DNA of 25,350 nucleotides from Escherichia coli (GTDB lineage Bacteria; Pseudomonadota; Gammaproteobacteria; Enterobacterales; Enterobacteriaceae): NCBI RefSeq assembly GCF_003334255.1, contig NZ_QOWU01000041.1; one strand, 5' to 3'. Shown piece by piece: positions 1 to 7,887 of this stretch (position 1 is its first letter; each line of letters starts with the position of its first letter). The notes under the pieces were generated by a model. It saw only the letters and a program-made list of their open reading frames with translations, ran no database searches and was not told where the DNA came from. The position numbers and the translations under genes were made by a program.

Positions 1-303
1 AACAGGCAAATTATCAACGACCCTAACGCTTATCTGGAATATGACAATTATGATGCCATTGAAGTGCCTAAAACCAACGGCATTCCGTCAGATTATGATG
101 GCGTAATGGGTGTACCGATTAGTTTTTTGGATAAATATTGCCCTGAACAGTTTGAAATTATTTGTATGGATTTTGAAATGGAAGGTTTACATCAGAATTT
201 AATTAAATCAGACTGGAATGATAAATTTGACAGGGGATATTTAAAAGGTAAACGCATGCACTCAAGAATATTCATCAAACACATAAAACCACAAAATAAA
301 TAA
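1..303 (+). CDS. 3' end of a gene that begins upstream of the window; possible C-terminal region of an adenine-specific DNA methyltransferase (tentative)
   Basis: Frame 1 is open from base 1 to the stop at 301-303, so the listed 64-303 ORF is only the tail of a longer gene. The GVPISFLDKYCPEQFEI stretch resembles, from memory, C-terminal regions of N6-adenine MTases; not verifiable here. AT-rich; 17 bp upstream of the next gene. Confidence 0.35.
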   Translation, partial: NRQIINDPNAYLEYDNYDAIEVPKTNGIPSDYDGVMGVPISFLDKYCPEQFEIICMDFEMEGLHQNLIKSDWNDKFDRGYLKGKRMHSRIFIKHIKPQNK

Positions 304-319
304 AAAGGAAAACTAAAAA

Positions 320-1492
320 ATGCAAACTCAATTAGATACATCAATCACCATTGAACAATTGTGCGATGGCTTTGTTTATAATGAACTGGAGGGAAAAGGC
401 TTGTTTGGTTTATCAGGAAAGCTTACCATTCAGCCCGAATATCAACGCAATTATATTTATGCAGACGGTAAGAAAGATGTGGCGGTTATCCAGTCTGTAT
501 TAAAAGGCTATCCGCTCGGTTTGATTTATTTTAATCAACCTGACAAAGATACAGAAGATACATTTGAAGTACTGGATGGTCAGCAGCGCATTACCAGTAT
601 TGGGCGGTTTGTTACTGGAAAATTCGCCATTATAGATGATAAAGGTACGCCATACTATTTCCATAGTTTACCGCAAGACCAACAAGAGAAAATCAAACAA
701 ACCACTTTGCTGATTTACAAATGTAAAGGTACAGAAAGCGAAATTAAAGAATGGTTTAAAACGATTAATATTTCTGGCGTCCCTTTAAATGAACAGGAAT
801 TATTGAATGCGGTGTATTCGGGCAAATTTGTTACACAGGCAAAAGCAGAATTCAGTAATTCTGCCAATTCAAATGTACAAAAATGGAGCGCTTACATCAA
901 AGGTAATGTTAAACGCCAGGAGATTTTAGAATGTGCGTTAGACTGGGTCAGTAAAGGCAATATCAGCGAATACATGAATGCCCATCGTAATGATGACAAT
1001 ATCAAGGAATTAAAAACCTATTTCAATAGCGTGATTGATTGGGTTAACACCACATTTACCGAGATAAAAAAAGAAATGTGCGGTCTGGAATGGGGGCGTT
1101 TATACGAAACCTATAAAGACAAACCATACAATCCAGGTGAATTAACCACGCAAATCAATCAATTATATCAGGATGATAGTGTAAAAAACATTAAAGGCAT
1201 TTGGGAATACGTGTTAGGTGGTCAATCTGATAAACGTTTATTAAACGTTCGCTTTTTTGATGAAAAAATCAAAAAACAAGCCTACAAAAGACAAACAGAT
1301 AAAGCGGCGCAACAAGGCATATCAAACAGTCCTCTTTGTGCCAGTGCAGATAATGCCAATAAAACCAAAATCTGGGCTTTTAAAGAAATGGAAGCCGACC
1401 ATGTTTCCGCATGGAGTAAAGGGGGTGAAAGTACGCTTGATAATTGCGAAATGCTTTGCATTACACATAATCGTTCAAAAGGGAATAAATAA
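320..1492 (+). CDS. DUF262 (ParB-like, GmrSD N-terminal type) domain fused to a C-terminal HNH nuclease; candidate restriction/defence nuclease
   Basis: 390 aa. N-terminal IQPEYQRNY and DGQQR motifs are typical of DUF262. C-terminal [33 protein letters not shown] is a classic HNH His-Me finger (DH...GG...N...C..HN). AGGA Shine-Dalgarno 11 nt before the ATG. AT-rich, unlike the GC-rich core. Confidence 0.75.
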   Translation: MQTQLDTSITIEQLCDGFVYNELEGKGLFGLSGKLTIQPEYQRNYIYADGKKDVAVIQSVLKGYPLGLIYFNQPDKDTEDTFEVLDGQQRITSIGRFVTGKFAIIDDKGTPYYFHSLPQDQQEKIKQTTLLIYKCKGTESEIKEWFKTINISGVPLNEQELLNAVYSGKFVTQAKAEFSNSANSNVQKWSAYIKGNVKRQEILECALDWVSKGNISEYMNAHRNDDNIKELKTYFNSVIDWVNTTFTEIKKEMCGLEWGRLYETYKDKPYNPGELTTQINQLYQDDSVKNIKGIWEYVLGGQSDKRLLNVRFFDEKIKKQAYKRQTDKAAQQGISNSPLCASADNANKTKIWAFKEMEADHVSAWSKGGESTLDNCEMLCITHNRSKGNK

Positions 1493-1510
1493 CCTGGTTA
1501 AATTAATTAA

Positions 1511-1530
1511 GGCGGTAAATACCGCCTTTC
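1511..1530 (+). terminator. Possible intrinsic terminator after the DUF262-HNH gene
   Basis: GGCGGT-AAAT-ACCGCC hairpin (1511-1526) followed by TTTC, about 19 bp after the stop codon. Short stem, weak U-tract. Confidence 0.4.
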
Positions 1531-1984
1531 AAAAGGCAAATAAACGTTTAAAATATCAGCTATAAAACACACCCAAAAATTTCACCAGACAACTCCATCC
1601 AGACGTTTGGTGAACTGGCACAGACTATCAGCATCAGCCCACAGGATTTTAATCTGTCCCCCTGTCGACAAGGAAAGATAAACAGGTGACCGGAGAAAGG
1701 GGGCTCATTCAGCACATGCTATATCTGTTCCAGATCATTGAAGGATTTACGCATATCGGTAACACCGGCAACCAGCCAGATACGAGTGCCAGATGGGACT
1801 GAGATCATTGCCCTTCCCGGTCAATTCCCTAAGATGTATTTTCAGAACGGTGAGAGATAAATTCCCCACCATGCGCAGACTGGCACTACCAACAATTACA
1901 TCACAGATCATCCCCTCACTGTAAGACGAGGAGCGTATTGAGATTCTGTCTGATATATCTTCTAAATAACTGATCCTAATATCG

Positions 1985-2203
1985 CTACACTTTAGCCAGC
2001 CCATGTTTCCCACCGGGGAATGGGCTAACGGTATCCATAAAGTGACGAACCTTTTTCAACAGTTGCCACATTGAACGGCACTGGTGATTTCGGGTTATTG
2101 TCTGATGAAGCGCCTGCCACAATCGTTCCACATGATTGACCCACGATGAGTAAACCGGCTGATAAATGACCCTGAACTTCGGGTTTGCTTTCAGCCAGCG
2201 CAA
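1985..2203 (-). pseudogene. IS630-family transposase remnant (C-terminal ~72 codons only)
   Basis: Translation ...KANPKFRVIYQPVYSSWVNHVERLWQALHQTITRNHQCRSMWQLLKKVRHFMDTVSPFPGGKHGLAKV matches the remembered C-terminus of the IS630 transposase. The N-terminal ~270 codons are absent, so the element is truncated near 2203. Confidence 0.75.
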
Positions 2204-2218
2204 CGTTTCACGGCTTTT

Positions 2219-2527
2219 GTGGATGATGTAGTTATCGACAATGAGCGTAACTATTTAGTAATCAGTGCTCAGCCACTTAACCAGGCTTTTGGTACATCAA
2301 TTTGTATTCCTGTCACGAGCGCTGACGCATTTTCTCGCTCAAAAGGCGTGACTGTGGTTATTGATGGGGGAAGTACCGATACAGGAAAAATTACCGGAGT
2401 TGCTCTGCCATTTGCAATCAGGTCACTGGACCTGAATGCCCTGGGAGCTACGTATGCAGCAAAAGTCGAAACACGCGTGCTTGATGAAGTGACTTCGTTA
2501 CTGATTGATATAATCGATCCACAATAA
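2219..2527 (+). CDS. Orphan ORF or gene fragment of unknown function next to the IS630 truncation point
   Basis: 102-aa ORF starting right at the IS630 breakpoint; no recognisable motif. An overlapping minus-strand ORF (2269-2556) is equally plausible. Likely a remnant. Confidence 0.2.
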   Translation: MDDVVIDNERNYLVISAQPLNQAFGTSICIPVTSADAFSRSKGVTVVIDGGSTDTGKITGVALPFAIRSLDLNALGATYAAKVETRVLDEVTSLLIDIIDPQ

Positions 2528-2664
2528 AAATAAGCTAAAATAGCTGGCATGAACACGATTTACGTTTCTTATCGTCTCTCTGCCGCTTCTTTCTTCCATT
2601 GAACATTTATCATACAGCACGTATGATATCACTGTGATAACGACCTGCTCATGGGAGCTGCGCT

Positions 2665-2949
2665 ATGAAAAACGAAGCAGAAAAAGCGATGTGGAATTGC
2701 AAAACCTCGGATACACCATGGACCTTCAGTTCCCTGCTGAAAAAGGCCGTCTGCGCAGTTTTGCCTGATGCAGAACTGAAGATTGAGAATGCCACAAAAG
2801 GATGTTCTGTTTTATCGACTGTAGATAATGACCTTGGCAATAAATCATTAAATTACGACCCTTTTTCTTTTGAATCTGCTTTACATCTTGATATAGAAAA
2901 TCTTCCCCTTATAGAAAATTGGGATGGAGAACCTTACAAGCTCCCCTAA
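2665..2949 (+). CDS. Hypothetical small protein (94 aa), AT-rich cargo
   Basis: ORF with GGGAG about 8 nt upstream of the ATG and a strong hairpin immediately downstream. No recognisable domain. Confidence 0.35.
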   Translation: MKNEAEKAMWNCKTSDTPWTFSSLLKKAVCAVLPDAELKIENATKGCSVLSTVDNDLGNKSLNYDPFSFESALHLDIENLPLIENWDGEPYKLP

Positions 2950-2952
2950 AAA

Positions 2953-2983
2953 TATGGCGATATCCATCACAAATATCGCCATA
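2953..2983. terminator. Bidirectional terminator-like hairpin between convergent genes
   Basis: 11-bp inverted repeat TATGGCGATAT / ATATCGCCATA with a 9-nt loop, flanked by A/T-rich sequence on both sides. Lies between the stop of the 2665-2949 ORF and the stop of the minus-strand TraG-like gene (2995). Confidence 0.5.
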
Positions 2984-2994
2984 AATATTAACAA

Positions 2995-4497
2995 TTATTT
3001 TAATTTATTCGTAATACCTCCGGCATGCTGACCAGCTTGTTGGCTTGTTGACACTCCTTTTCCGATTGCCGCATTAATCACCTGTCCGATACTTACCCCA
3101 GCCCAGGATAATGCCCCCAGCCACACAGCTGGCAGTACAAGAAACATCGTCCCCATCACCAGGTTCATGATGATATCGTCCGACGTGTTCTGCAGCCCCA
3201 TCATATTCAGACTCGAATGTGTATCTGAACCATACAGCGCCGTTATCATCCAGCTGTCCAGCCACCGCGCCAGTTCCCACCAGAACGTCAGAAAGTTCAG
3301 CGCAAACACCACAAACGTCAGCGTGATCAGCGTACTGAATTCATATGCCGCAAAAGCAAGTATCATCGGAAGCATGATATACACCGCCATCAGCAGAATA
3401 CTCTGCACCATCGGCAGCGCCTGCCGCATGGCATCAAACGCCGGAAACGCCCCCAGACTGGCGACAGCTGAGCCTGCCGTGGCGCCAATACGTGAAATGG
3501 CATTCATCGTGGTCATGTCTGCATTACCACCATATCCCCGATACACTTCTCCCCCCTGAGAAATCGTCAGGTTAGCCGGACTGACCAGCCGTTTGATAAT
3601 CTCCTCCTGATAAGTCGCCTGGCTGTTCCCCAGAAGCTTCATCGCTGCCGAAAGACGCAGCCACAGCCCTTCATCAACTTCCTCCGTAACCCGCTTTTTC
3701 AGCCCCACACTGCTGTCGTTCCACCACTCCCTGCACGTTGGGTAACCTCCGCGCCCCGTATCCGGACGACCGCTGTCACGGGCGTTATTCCACGGAAACG
3801 CCGCCCTTGGCGTTCTGGACTGCAGCGTGCCGTAATCCCCCTGCATGAACGTGCTGCTCCCAATCCAGCTGATATCCGACAGCACCTTTCTGTCCTTCGT
3901 CATACCCTGGTCACGTTGTTTCCACTGGTACATCGCCAGCGAGTAGCAGTCATTGGTAAAATCCTGCAACTCATCGGCCAGCGCCCTGTTCGCAATGAAC
4001 GTCCTCTGCACTTCAAAACGCAGTTGCCGCAGATCAGGCCTGCAGGGAATGGACGCCACGGCCGCCTGTGTCACCCCTTTGGAAAGCTTATGCACAACAA
4101 CCCACCAGATCGGGGCCGCAGCAGTCTTATCTCCCAGACTGCTGATAATCCCCTGATAACCGGTGTCCCCGGGGGCTTTCGGCGTCCACACACCACAGGT
4201 CTGAGCCCGGCTGCGATCAAACTTCAGGGTATCCAGCGTCACCTGAACCAGCGGTACACAGGACGCCACCATCACAAAAAACGCACCATACAATGCATTC
4301 TCGATGCGGGGTAACGAGAGCATCCCCTTGTTGCCTTCGTCCGCCCCCTCTTCCCTCACCTTCAGCCAGATACCGATCACTTTGAAAGCCAGAGGAAGCG
4401 CAAACAGTCCCGTGCCGATCAGCAAATCCCACAGACCGTTATTAACCAGCCAGCCCAGCAGGGTCAGAAAATATTCCAGATAGTTATTGGTCGTCAC
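2995..4497 (-). CDS. traG: TraG N-terminal-domain family membrane protein (F-type TraG-like)
   Basis: 500 aa with multiple hydrophobic segments at both ends and a large central hydrophilic region. Last gene of the operon, preceded by TraH-like and TraU-like genes as in F-type systems. Family assignment from memory. Confidence 0.65.
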   Translation of the reverse strand: MTTNNYLEYFLTLLGWLVNNGLWDLLIGTGLFALPLAFKVIGIWLKVREEGADEGNKGMLSLPRIENALYGAFFVMVASCVPLVQVTLDTLKFDRSRAQTCGVWTPKAPGDTGYQGIISSLGDKTAAAPIWWVVVHKLSKGVTQAAVASIPCRPDLRQLRFEVQRTFIANRALADELQDFTNDCYSLAMYQWKQRDQGMTKDRKVLSDISWIGSSTFMQGDYGTLQSRTPRAAFPWNNARDSGRPDTGRGGYPTCREWWNDSSVGLKKRVTEEVDEGLWLRLSAAMKLLGNSQATYQEEIIKRLVSPANLTISQGGEVYRGYGGNADMTTMNAISRIGATAGSAVASLGAFPAFDAMRQALPMVQSILLMAVYIMLPMILAFAAYEFSTLITLTFVVFALNFLTFWWELARWLDSWMITALYGSDTHSSLNMMGLQNTSDDIIMNLVMGTMFLVLPAVWLGALSWAGVSIGQVINAAIGKGVSTSQQAGQHAGGITNKLK

Positions 4498-4500
4498 TGC

Positions 4501-4866
4501 TCACTCCCCCGCGGTGGAAAAAATAGCGTATTCGCACAGCAGGAAAAACAGCGCACTGACCATACAAATCCGCGCAAAACGCAGACGGTACTCTGCCCGG
4601 AATCCCGGTGCACGCCAGATTTTCCGGCATCCCCATACCAGCCCGCAGTAAATACAAAACCGCCAGCCCAGCCATCCGAAACGGGTTTCGTGGAACCAGA
4701 GCCTCAGAGCATCCACCTCCTGCGCATGACGCATACCTGTATCCGCAATCAGGAGCGCTGACGCCATGATGACAATCACTGTCAGCCCCCATTTCCCCAG
4801 CAGTTTCATCCCTTTCACAAGCAGCCCGACCCGGCTCCCGGGCACCATCGGCACTGTTTTATTCAT
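4501..4866 (-). CDS. Small integral membrane protein of the transfer operon (start taken at internal MNKTV)
   Basis: 122 aa, hydrophobic. Tightly packed: its start overlaps the end of the upstream gene and its stop is 4 bp from the traG-like start. Confidence 0.5.
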   Translation of the reverse strand: MNKTVPMVPGSRVGLLVKGMKLLGKWGLTVIVIMASALLIADTGMRHAQEVDALRLWFHETRFGWLGWRFCIYCGLVWGCRKIWRAPGFRAEYRLRFARICMVSALFFLLCEYAIFSTAGE

Positions 4867-6283
4867 TTTCAGGAACCTCCAGTGAACGGACACGGCTGTC
4901 AGCGTTGTCGGTCTGCTGAATCATCGGGTTATTGCTCACACGTTCATTGTCACGCTCAATGATGGTCAGCACACTGTTACGCGCCAGATCCCGTTTCAGC
5001 TCCATCTCACTTTTCAGGGCGATGATCTCCCTGTCCAGAGAGGCAATACGACGATCGCCTTCTTCCAGCGCGGCAGGCTGTGCAGCCGCATACGGTTCAG
5101 ACATTCCTGTGAGCAGCATTCTGCGCATCACCAGTGCCGTTTCCACCGTATCAGCCATCGCCAGTTCACCGGCCAGACGGGAGGTCAGGGACATATTGTC
5201 CGGATCGCGACGCAGCGCATGTATCACCCCGGCAGATACCGCCAGACTGCCGGTCTTCAGTTTTGCCAGATTCTCTGCCGTGGGCTTATCCTGCCCGTTC
5301 ACGAGGCGAACCAGCTGTTCCGTATTTATGCGTGTCGCCTCCTCAAGCATCGGCGAAAACCCTGTTCCGGCCACCGCCGTTCCCGGCTGCTGGTCTGAGT
5401 CACCACTGGTACATTCCTTCGCATCCGTACAGGTGCGCATTGAACGATCACCCAGTACCTTCACCACAGCGCTGGCCGCCTCCTCTGCATTCCTGAATTT
5501 CTCACAGGCACTGCCATTACAGCTTCCCGCACCAACACCAGATGTACTGGTCACCGGCAGACTGTTCATCATATTAAACCCCGCGGCCGTCATGTCATGA
5601 ACCGGGCGGATGGCGGGCTGACCGGCACCGCCACGCTGCTGACCACCAATCCATTTCTGCCCCTCTTTCCCCGTTGCCTGGCGTCCGGCGTCATCACCTT
5701 TAACGGCATCACCGTCACTGGTATTAACAACCTTTTTGTACTCCTCCATCAGCGCGGCCTGCGTCCACTTGCTGCGTTCGGAAAAATCCATCATCCGTTT
5801 CGCCATGTTCTGGCAATTGAGCTGCGCTTTGTCGAATGCCACATTCGCCTGCAGTACACCGTTGGTCAGCATGTCATACAGCCCCGGATTAGCCCGCTGT
5901 ATCACCATTGCCGGCAGACTCGCCACGGCTCCGCTCGCCCCCTGAATCACATCCCCCATCAGGTTTTTAAAACCGTCAGTGATCCCGTTGAGCTGGTTTC
6001 CTACTGTGGTTTTCAGATCGAAGTTCCCGCACATCAGATCGCTGCTCCAGCCCAGGTCCAGCCCGAGCTTCTGCATATTACTGCGCGTCGCCGGCTGGGA
6101 AATAACGGAGCCACCGCCCAGGGTGTAAAACAGCTTGTCCGACACCGCACCATCCACCGATTTTCCGTAACCAAACGTGCTGTCATTCAGTTTTGGCAGC
6201 GAGAGAATGCTGTCTGCCATGACCGGCGTACTGCAGGACAGCATCACCATCATCACCAGAGTCTTTACCTTCATCGTCATCAT
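4859..6283 (-). CDS. Conserved ICE periplasmic protein, possibly TraH-like (start taken at MMTMKVK with AAGGAG Shine-Dalgarno)
   Basis: Signal peptide MMTMKVKTLVMMVMLSCSTPVMA, about 474 aa, coiled-coil-like C-terminus. Sits between the TraU-like and TraG-like genes as TraH does in F-type systems. Function inferred from position and architecture only. Confidence 0.55.
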   Translation of the reverse strand: MMTMKVKTLVMMVMLSCSTPVMADSILSLPKLNDSTFGYGKSVDGAVSDKLFYTLGGGSVISQPATRSNMQKLGLDLGWSSDLMCGNFDLKTTVGNQLNGITDGFKNLMGDVIQGASGAVASLPAMVIQRANPGLYDMLTNGVLQANVAFDKAQLNCQNMAKRMMDFSERSKWTQAALMEEYKKVVNTSDGDAVKGDDAGRQATGKEGQKWIGGQQRGGAGQPAIRPVHDMTAAGFNMMNSLPVTSTSGVGAGSCNGSACEKFRNAEEAASAVVKVLGDRSMRTCTDAKECTSGDSDQQPGTAVAGTGFSPMLEEATRINTEQLVRLVNGQDKPTAENLAKLKTGSLAVSAGVIHALRRDPDNMSLTSRLAGELAMADTVETALVMRRMLLTGMSEPYAAAQPAALEEGDRRIASLDREIIALKSEMELKRDLARNSVLTIIERDNERVSNNPMIQQTDNADSRVRSLEVPENE

Positions 6284-6291
6284 CCGTCTCC

Positions 6292-7266
6292 TTAAAAATT
6301 CGTACTGCCAAGGAATGTCTGTCCCCGTTTCTTGCAGCAACTGTAGGGTTGCCAGAGCGCAAAAGCGGCATTACCATCCTCCGCGGCCTGATGGTCTCCG
6401 TCAGGAAACACGGTGCAGGAGCGGGAGACGGAGGGCGTCAGTCTCTGCCACTTGTGGTTACGGGTGCCCGTATTTTCCTCAACCGGATCCGGCGGCCAGA
6501 AACCATCCTTTTTCCGGGTCTGTATTGATTTATAAACATGTGGCTCACCGGTCCGGCTGATGATGTCAGCCACCCGCTGGGCAACCACGGCCGCCGCCTT
6601 GTCATCATCTGTCTGCATCACAAAACCTGAACGGGGATAAACACTGCCCCACAGGTTTTCTTCAGCCTGACTGCCGATTTCACGTTTACCGGGAATGAGG
6701 GCTTCCGGATACAGGGATTCAGGCATTCCGGTCCGCCAGACGAGACTGTCCAGGGTACTCAGGAAATAAGGCATTGCCGGTGTCACCGGCGAATCGCAGC
6801 TGAATCCCGGCACCATTCCGCCAATAAGACGCGTTGCCGGATGCCCCAGCGCGTCGGCATATTTAAAACGAATGGCCGAACGACGCTCTCCCTGAGCTTT
6901 CATATCCGCAGGATTTCCCCCACCGGCACTCAACCCCGCCAGGCCTTTCGTAATAGAATTCTCCACCCCTCCGGCAGTCTGACTGACCAGCGCCATCTCT
7001 TTCCAGGGATTACCACCCGGTGCGGTGTAGGTGGATACCACCACTTCCGGAATATAATGTGTCACTTTCACCGATGTTCTGACCTTACAGCTGAACCCGG
7101 AGCAGTACAGCCAGTAGCAAATTCCGCTGACCCGCCAGCTGATACAATCCGGTGCTGCCGCACTGGCCACAATACTGGCTGTATTCAGTGAGGCTGACGC
7201 CAGAGGCAGAGCTGCAACACTCAGCAGCAGGGCCCCGGCACGCAGACGAAATGACCGGCTAATCAT
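6292..7266 (-). CDS. traU: TraU-like conjugal transfer protein
   Basis: 324 aa, signal peptide, cysteine-rich (PDCISWRVSGICYW..., C-terminal ...YSCCKKRG). Matches the remembered TraU-like family of this ICE class; 4-bp overlap with the upstream gene. Confidence 0.65.
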   Translation of the reverse strand: MISRSFRLRAGALLLSVAALPLASASLNTASIVASAAAPDCISWRVSGICYWLYCSGFSCKVRTSVKVTHYIPEVVVSTYTAPGGNPWKEMALVSQTAGGVENSITKGLAGLSAGGGNPADMKAQGERRSAIRFKYADALGHPATRLIGGMVPGFSCDSPVTPAMPYFLSTLDSLVWRTGMPESLYPEALIPGKREIGSQAEENLWGSVYPRSGFVMQTDDDKAAAVVAQRVADIISRTGEPHVYKSIQTRKKDGFWPPDPVEENTGTRNHKWQRLTPSVSRSCTVFPDGDHQAAEDGNAAFALWQPYSCCKKRGQTFLGSTNF

Positions 7267-7661
7267 GGCTGTACTCCTTCCTGTGCTCTCAGTTGTGCAG
7301 CCTCTGCCACATCCGTGGTACCGTAGACCACGTCACGATCATCAAAGACCACGGCCGGATATTTCTTCACGCCCAGTGACCATGCATGCGCCACCTCCCG
7401 GTAACGCTCAGCCAGCTCCGCCTGCATCGCCCCCCACTCCGGGGACTGCATACGCGCTCTGACCCTTTCTTCGGCCTCACCGGCATCGGCGGGCAATGCA
7501 CCAAAAAAACGAGCCTGCAGTTGTTCAGGACCATCCAGAAGGATCACCCGCACGTCTGAAGGCGGGTTTACAGGAGGATGTTGAGAATCGGTATAAAGGG
7601 TTATGCCGGCTGATACCGCCGTCGGCAGGAAAAACAGGGAACTGAATATAATCCGGTGCAT
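7263..7661 (-). CDS. Small periplasmic ICE-conserved protein (PFL_4709-like, tentative)
   Basis: 132 aa, signal peptide MHRIIFSSLFFLPTAVSA, GGAGG Shine-Dalgarno. First gene after the iha insertion; coupled to the TraU-like gene. Confidence 0.55.
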   Translation of the reverse strand: MHRIIFSSLFFLPTAVSAGITLYTDSQHPPVNPPSDVRVILLDGPEQLQARFFGALPADAGEAEERVRARMQSPEWGAMQAELAERYREVAHAWSLGVKKYPAVVFDDRDVVYGTTDVAEAAQLRAQEGVQP

Positions 7662-7727
7662 GGTACGCCTCCGTCAGACAATATCTGAATGACAGCGTGC
7701 GCAGATACCAGACTAATAGCAGCAATA

Positions 7728-7742
7728 AATTAAAAACGCGTG
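7728..7742. repeat. Left copy of a direct repeat flanking the iha cargo segment (AATTAAAAACGCGTG)
   Basis: Read directly from the sequence; matches 10299-10314 (AATTAAAAAACGCGTG) in 15 of 16 positions. Confidence 0.5.
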
Positions 7743-7887
7743 GATAAAAATTAATATGAAGATGCATGGTGCACAAAACGGTATCTGAACAGAAATCAGA
7801 CACCGGGAATCATATAACGTAGCCACTGAACATCCAGGAGCTGCAGTGGCAACGTATGCTACCGTCAGTGATACGGTTTTATGATTA

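Noticed and set aside
1257..1565. 102-aa plus-strand ORF overlapping the end of the DUF262-HNH gene
   Set aside because: Alternative frame inside a gene with clear domain motifs; Lys-rich low-complexity translation; no independent support.
3074..4792. Alternative-frame ORFs within the traG-like region (3074-3280, 3167-3559, 3916-4314, 4217-4432, 4484-4792)
   Set aside because: Embedded in or antisense to the TraG-like gene or the small membrane-protein gene; no supporting signals.
5597..6295. Long plus-strand ORFs inside the GC-rich transfer genes (e.g. 4932-5600, 5597-6295, 10559-11111, 11287-11883, 12015-12773, 12843-13406, 15242-15733, 15782-16318, 16882-17607, 17611-18120, 21455-21979, 24155-24856)
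   Set aside because: They lie antisense to or overlap the well-supported minus-strand transfer genes, have Pro/Arg/Ser-rich low-complexity translations typical of shadow ORFs in high-GC DNA, and lack motifs or sensible start contexts.
7525..7803. 92-aa minus-strand ORF in the gap between the receptor gene and the transfer operon
   Set aside because: Overlaps the start of the PFL_4709-like gene, has no ribosome-binding site or motif, and lies in a probable promoter/junction region.
7822..7849. Inverted repeat GCCACTG...CAGTGGC downstream of the receptor gene, as a terminator
   Set aside because: Short stem with a 15-nt loop and no U-tract on either strand; not convincing.
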